A stretch of DNA of 64,000 nucleotides from Tubiluchus corallicola (taxonomy: Eukaryota > Animalia > Priapulida), in NCBI GenBank assembly GCA_030141605.1, contig JAQGDQ010000244.1:124001-188000 (forward strand), given 5' to 3'. Below, piece by piece: positions 35,601 through 64,000 of the stretch (position 1 is the first letter of the stretch; each line of letters opens with the position of its first letter). A program made the translations under genes and the position numbers. Under the pieces are notes generated by a model. It searched no databases, was not told where the DNA came from, and saw nothing but the letters and a program-made list of their open reading frames with translations.

Positions 35601-36252
35601 TGCTTTGGATGTACAATTCAATTGTTACGATTAGCAGACTGTGATTGTGGTTTAGACTACTTTGTATGTTAGCCAGCCCTTGCAGTTTGTGGATTTTTCA
35701 TTGACTAACAAGACTGAATAAATTAAGGTCTAAATTCGCGAGCATAACGCTTACACCTGACTGTATCTGCTCGAGTGCGGTTAACTCATAGATTGTAGGT
35801 TATTACACTCAAGTGCGACTGACCAGTTAAGTGTGCATAGACAAATTATCACTTGGCTGTACCTAGTTCAATGTGGTTTACTCATGCGTGATTGACACAT
35901 TTTGGCTCCACCCTCGATATCGACTCCTACCTCAGGCCCTTTCAACAATTCTAATTCGAGTGACAGTGTTTATCACCCGACCATGTTTGGCTCAGTGCGG
36001 TTTACTAATGTGCGATTGGATGCTTAACAAACCTCAATACCCAACATTAAGCTCTATTGGAATTTGCGCTGATCCAGAATTTCACGAATCCACAAAAATG
36101 TACAGAAATTGAAGAAACTGCAAGTACGTTATTCAGTGCTTATGCATTCTGTCTCCTATTTCGGATTGTTAAAGAATCCCACCTTATTAAAAGAGCAGAT
36201 TCACATCTACCCACATTACATAAACACTTATTAAAAACGGTATATTTAACGC

Positions 36253-36545
36253 AAAGCCTTAGGAGGAAATCGAAAAACTGACCGATGCCCAGTGTCCTTG
36301 ATCCCTTGGACTGTTGCATTTCACTAAAGCTGCTGTCAGCACATCCACTGGTGTGGGGTGATTCTTTGTCCGGTTGTCCTTTGACCTGCAGCCACCCCAA
36401 AGCCTTAGGAGGAAATCGAAAAACTGACCGATGGCCAGTGTCTTTGATCCCTTGGACTGTTGCATTTCACTAAAGCTGCTGTCAGCACATCCACTGGTGT
36501 GGGGTGATTCTTTGTCCGGTTGTCCTTTGACCTGCAGCCACCCCA
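36253..36545. repeat. Tandem duplication, 146 bp x2, near identical
   Basis: aaagccttaggaggaaatcg at 36253 and 36399. Confidence 0.9.
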
Positions 36546-37985
36546 GTTACTTACTCGGGACTCTGGCCCTCTGCATTTGCGAGTTGATATAAATTAAAAC
36601 TCGATGCCTAACAATGAAATAAAAAAAATCAGCGTAAGGGGTTCTCTCTCCGAGATCCATTTTTTTATTATTTATTTATTTATTTTTTTCTCAATAGCAG
36701 TTAAAATTCGTCATAATTATTTTTACATTTCATTGTAGCTGAAAAGCAGCAGCGAAAGACCTATTTGTCACTTAGTCAGCTGCCCCTTATTAAAAATACA
36801 AGTTTACTCACAGGCTCATGACATTTTTAGGTGTTTGTGTATATATAAAAGGCAAAAGCAACAAAAATCAACTCAAAGCAGAAATGCAATTCAAAGCATA
36901 ATAAGGCATAACATCAAGCAAAAAATTAATGAAATTCAATGTAGGGCAAAAAATAATATCAAACAAAAGCAACAAACATTTACTCAAAGCAAAAATGCAA
37001 TTCCACTCAAAATAAAAGGAAGTTATCACAAGTAACGCAAAACGGAATTTAACTTATAGCAAAAAATTATCTCAAACAAAAACTCTAGCGCTCGCGTAAA
37101 AGCGTTTTTGTCGTAATACTGTTGTGACTACATGCTAGTTAACAAACGACCAATCAACCGATCAATTCAGTTTGTTTGAAACAAGGTTTGGCGAATTTGC
37201 ATTCGTTCTGTGTAACGTAACTTGATATATATGCTTTGAATAAATTTGTACTTGAAATGTTTCATAAGAACTGACTGATTATTATTATCATTTTGTTAAC
37301 CTGTTTTGTCCTATTGCGTTTAGTATTAAATTTTATTTTACGTTCTGAATCGCGCCTCACGAAAAATGCTACTAGATATTTTACAGGAATTCACTATGAA
37401 TAAAGTTTACTTAGATAGAAGCAAGTTACTGCTAAAACAATTTGTAAATTTCTTAAGACAATTTTGTAATCTCACTTTAGTAAATAAGTCGACTAAGCAC
37501 TGCGCTAATAGAAAATTGCTAATATCATGGATTTGCTATCACCGAATTTCATGCACAGTGGTGATAACAATAAATAATATTGTTACAGCTTGTCATTGAA
37601 ATAATTACATTAATTGCGATTTTATAACATAATTGTTAGCATCAATATTGCTTTTTACATCGTGTCAAACTTGGTTACAAAGATACAAATATATGTGTTT
37701 AAATTCACCTGCAAAAGAGGCATTGTACACCTATGGTGTGAACTAATAAAGATTTATCATCCTCATCAACACCATTGTTAAAACATTGTAAAAATGACTA
37801 TAAAAGGACCTGAAAGGACCAACATAATAGTTTAGTTTAGTTAAATTTTTTAATCTTTTATTATTTTCTAATTTTAATCTAGTAACAATCGTATGTTGCA
37901 TTACATCAACTCAATATTTTCTTTTCACTGTTAAAAAGTTAAGTCTTGTTAGAAGTAAATAATAATTGCACTTAAAAGAGCAAAA

Positions 37986-38225
37986 GCAAATAGCATAATT
38001 TCATAACATAGCAAATAGCATAATTTCATAGCATTCATAACGTAGCAAATAGCATAATTTCATAGCATTCATAACGTAGCAAATAGCATAATTTCATAGC
38101 ATTCATAACGTAGCAAATAGCATAATTTCACAGTATTCATAACGTAGCAAATAGCATAATTTCACAGCATTCATAACGTAGCAAATAGCATAATTTCATA
38201 GCATTCATAACGTAGCAAATAGCAT
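37986..38225. repeat. Minisatellite, 34-bp unit x about 7, upstream of the TEP promoter
   Basis: agcaaatagc recurs every 34 bp from 38010 to 38214. Confidence 0.92.
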
Positions 38226-38500
38226 TTGTTCATTTGCCGATAGTATTTTAACGTGGAATAGGTTGTATCTGTGTTATTATTTCTAGCTATGAGCTCCATC
38301 GCTCGCAGTTCACCAGCAAAGAACAGCAAGTTTGGTCTAGCCACAAATGCAGGTCTGATACAGTTCAAGTTTAACCGGGATAGAGATACATATTATTATT
38401 AACATCCTATTCTTGTTTGTCAATAACGCCATTTTTTCTGTAGGAAAAGACTTTTGCCTCTTATTCTAAAGAGACGCGCACAGTCCATTGCTTACTGCCT

Positions 38501-38607
38501 ATTGGCTAGTAAAACGAAAGTCAATTGCGTCGTGACTGCTTCTTAGAAACTAGCATCGCGACCAATGAGAGTCCCGCAGTATTATATACATGCTTTATGT
38601 ATAAAAG
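38501..38607 (+). promoter_or_regulatory. Putative core promoter of the TEP gene: ATTGG, STAT-type TTC-N3-GAA, CCAAT, TATA
   Basis: attgg 38501-38505; ttcttagaa 38540-38548; ccaat 38562-38566; tataaaag 38600-38607; ATG at 38678. Confidence 0.55.
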
Positions 38608-38677
38608 ACACACTAAAATACTCTGTATTTAAGAAGTCTGCATGCTGTTTTATAAGTGACTGCTGAAATTGGCAACT

Positions 38678-62540
<23,863 letters not shown>

Positions 62541-63182
62541 GTGAGAAGCTCACACCCCACTTTGCAGGTTCAGCCTTCTGCTAGCTACAATAAGCACCGC
62601 AATTATTGCTATTTAGAAAATTAGACTAACATGACCAGTGGTGGTGGTTGCTTTTCTAACACAGATTAATTGTCACTGGATAACGAGACAAGCAGGTGCT
62701 AATTTGTCAGTCAAAACTATGGGGTAAAAATAGACACCTAAAAACCACAAATTGTAGGGCCATGGATTTTCTCTTTTTCCTTCAAATTTCAAATTCTTTA
62801 AATTCTTGGGATATTTATTCTTATTTAGCAACACTTTTTAACAAGTAGTATAATTCAAGTGATTCACTGATAAGCGACAAACTTTGCGCGCTGAGACTGT
62901 ACTTTAGCATAAATTCATGAACAAACAAATGGAAAATAAGCATGCAAACAAATCAGCAAACAAAAACTATAGTGGCTTGTTACATCATGCAAATATTGAA
63001 ACACATTAGTTAATGTTAAAGTGTAAAGTCTATTAAAACCAAGCTAAATAAAAACTTTTTACTGATGAGTTACCATAAACAATTATGCTTTAAAATCATG
63101 TATACATACATTTGCAGAAATACGTTCGGAGCGTTTTAAATAATTATGCTTTGTAAACGCTTTTTACGTTTTCTCGGCACTT

Positions 63183-63500
<318 letters not shown>

Positions 63501-64000
63501 CGCTAGCATATTTAATGATGATAGTTGGAATACTTGTATGTTCTCATTCTTCCTCGTTGTATGCCATAGATTGCTGTTCACTCATTGCTGTTCAATTCCT
63601 ATAATTTAACAACTTGATCAAGAGCATTGCGATCTCCCTGCGTGGGCGCATGCGCACTTACGCTGATCCTATAAGACGTAAAAAGATGCACAAAAATAAA
63701 ACAATTCCCTAAAATTTAATATCTCTCATTAAAAAGCTCCTAATAAATGTGCCTAAATATGAATTATATACCATATACAACACGTTTTATACAATAATAC
63801 GATTCGGAGAGAGCCAATGACAATGTTACATGTTTCGGATAAAGTTGCAATAGGGCAGTAAATTAACGTTAGCTAGTCTTTTAGTGAATTTACTTAATTC
63901 CGTTTATTTAATTACTATTAGTAGATTAAATAAATGGTTTGCTTACTAACACATCACATTGTCTGTTTAAACTACTGGAAAAATTATTGTATTGCGATAC

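Noticed and set aside
36253-36600. 146-bp duplicated GC-richer segment as a structured ncRNA or ribozyme
   Set aside because: No recognisable conserved core by eye; more likely part of an interspersed repeat. An Rfam scan would settle it.
63062-63125. CTGATGA...GAAA hammerhead candidate
   Set aside because: No stem II pairing found between the motifs.

Overview
AT-rich, intron-containing animal (probably invertebrate) genomic DNA, not prokaryotic. Host genes: the last exon of an unidentified + strand gene; a 13-finger C2H2 zinc-finger gene (-); two tandem 3-exon GT14 (core-2/I-branching beta-1,6-GlcNAc transferase, GCNT-like) paralogues (-); and the first 18 exons of a CD109/iTEP-like thioester-protein (alpha-2-macroglobulin family) gene (+) that continues past the window and carries one in-frame TGA at a conserved Trp. 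Mobile DNA is dense: an intact Mag-like Ty3/gypsy element with identical LTRs inside a (TAC)n microsatellite; six insertions (seven LTR copies) of a second gypsy family whose LTRs carry a heat-shock-element + TATA promoter; a 592-bp TRIM with a tRNA-Leu PBS; an I-group LINE with TSD; CR1/L2 and Penelope remnants; Kolobok-like and hAT-like MITEs; and several minisatellites, one built from a Kolobok end with higher-order structure. All coordinates and alignments were read by eye; no database searches were run.
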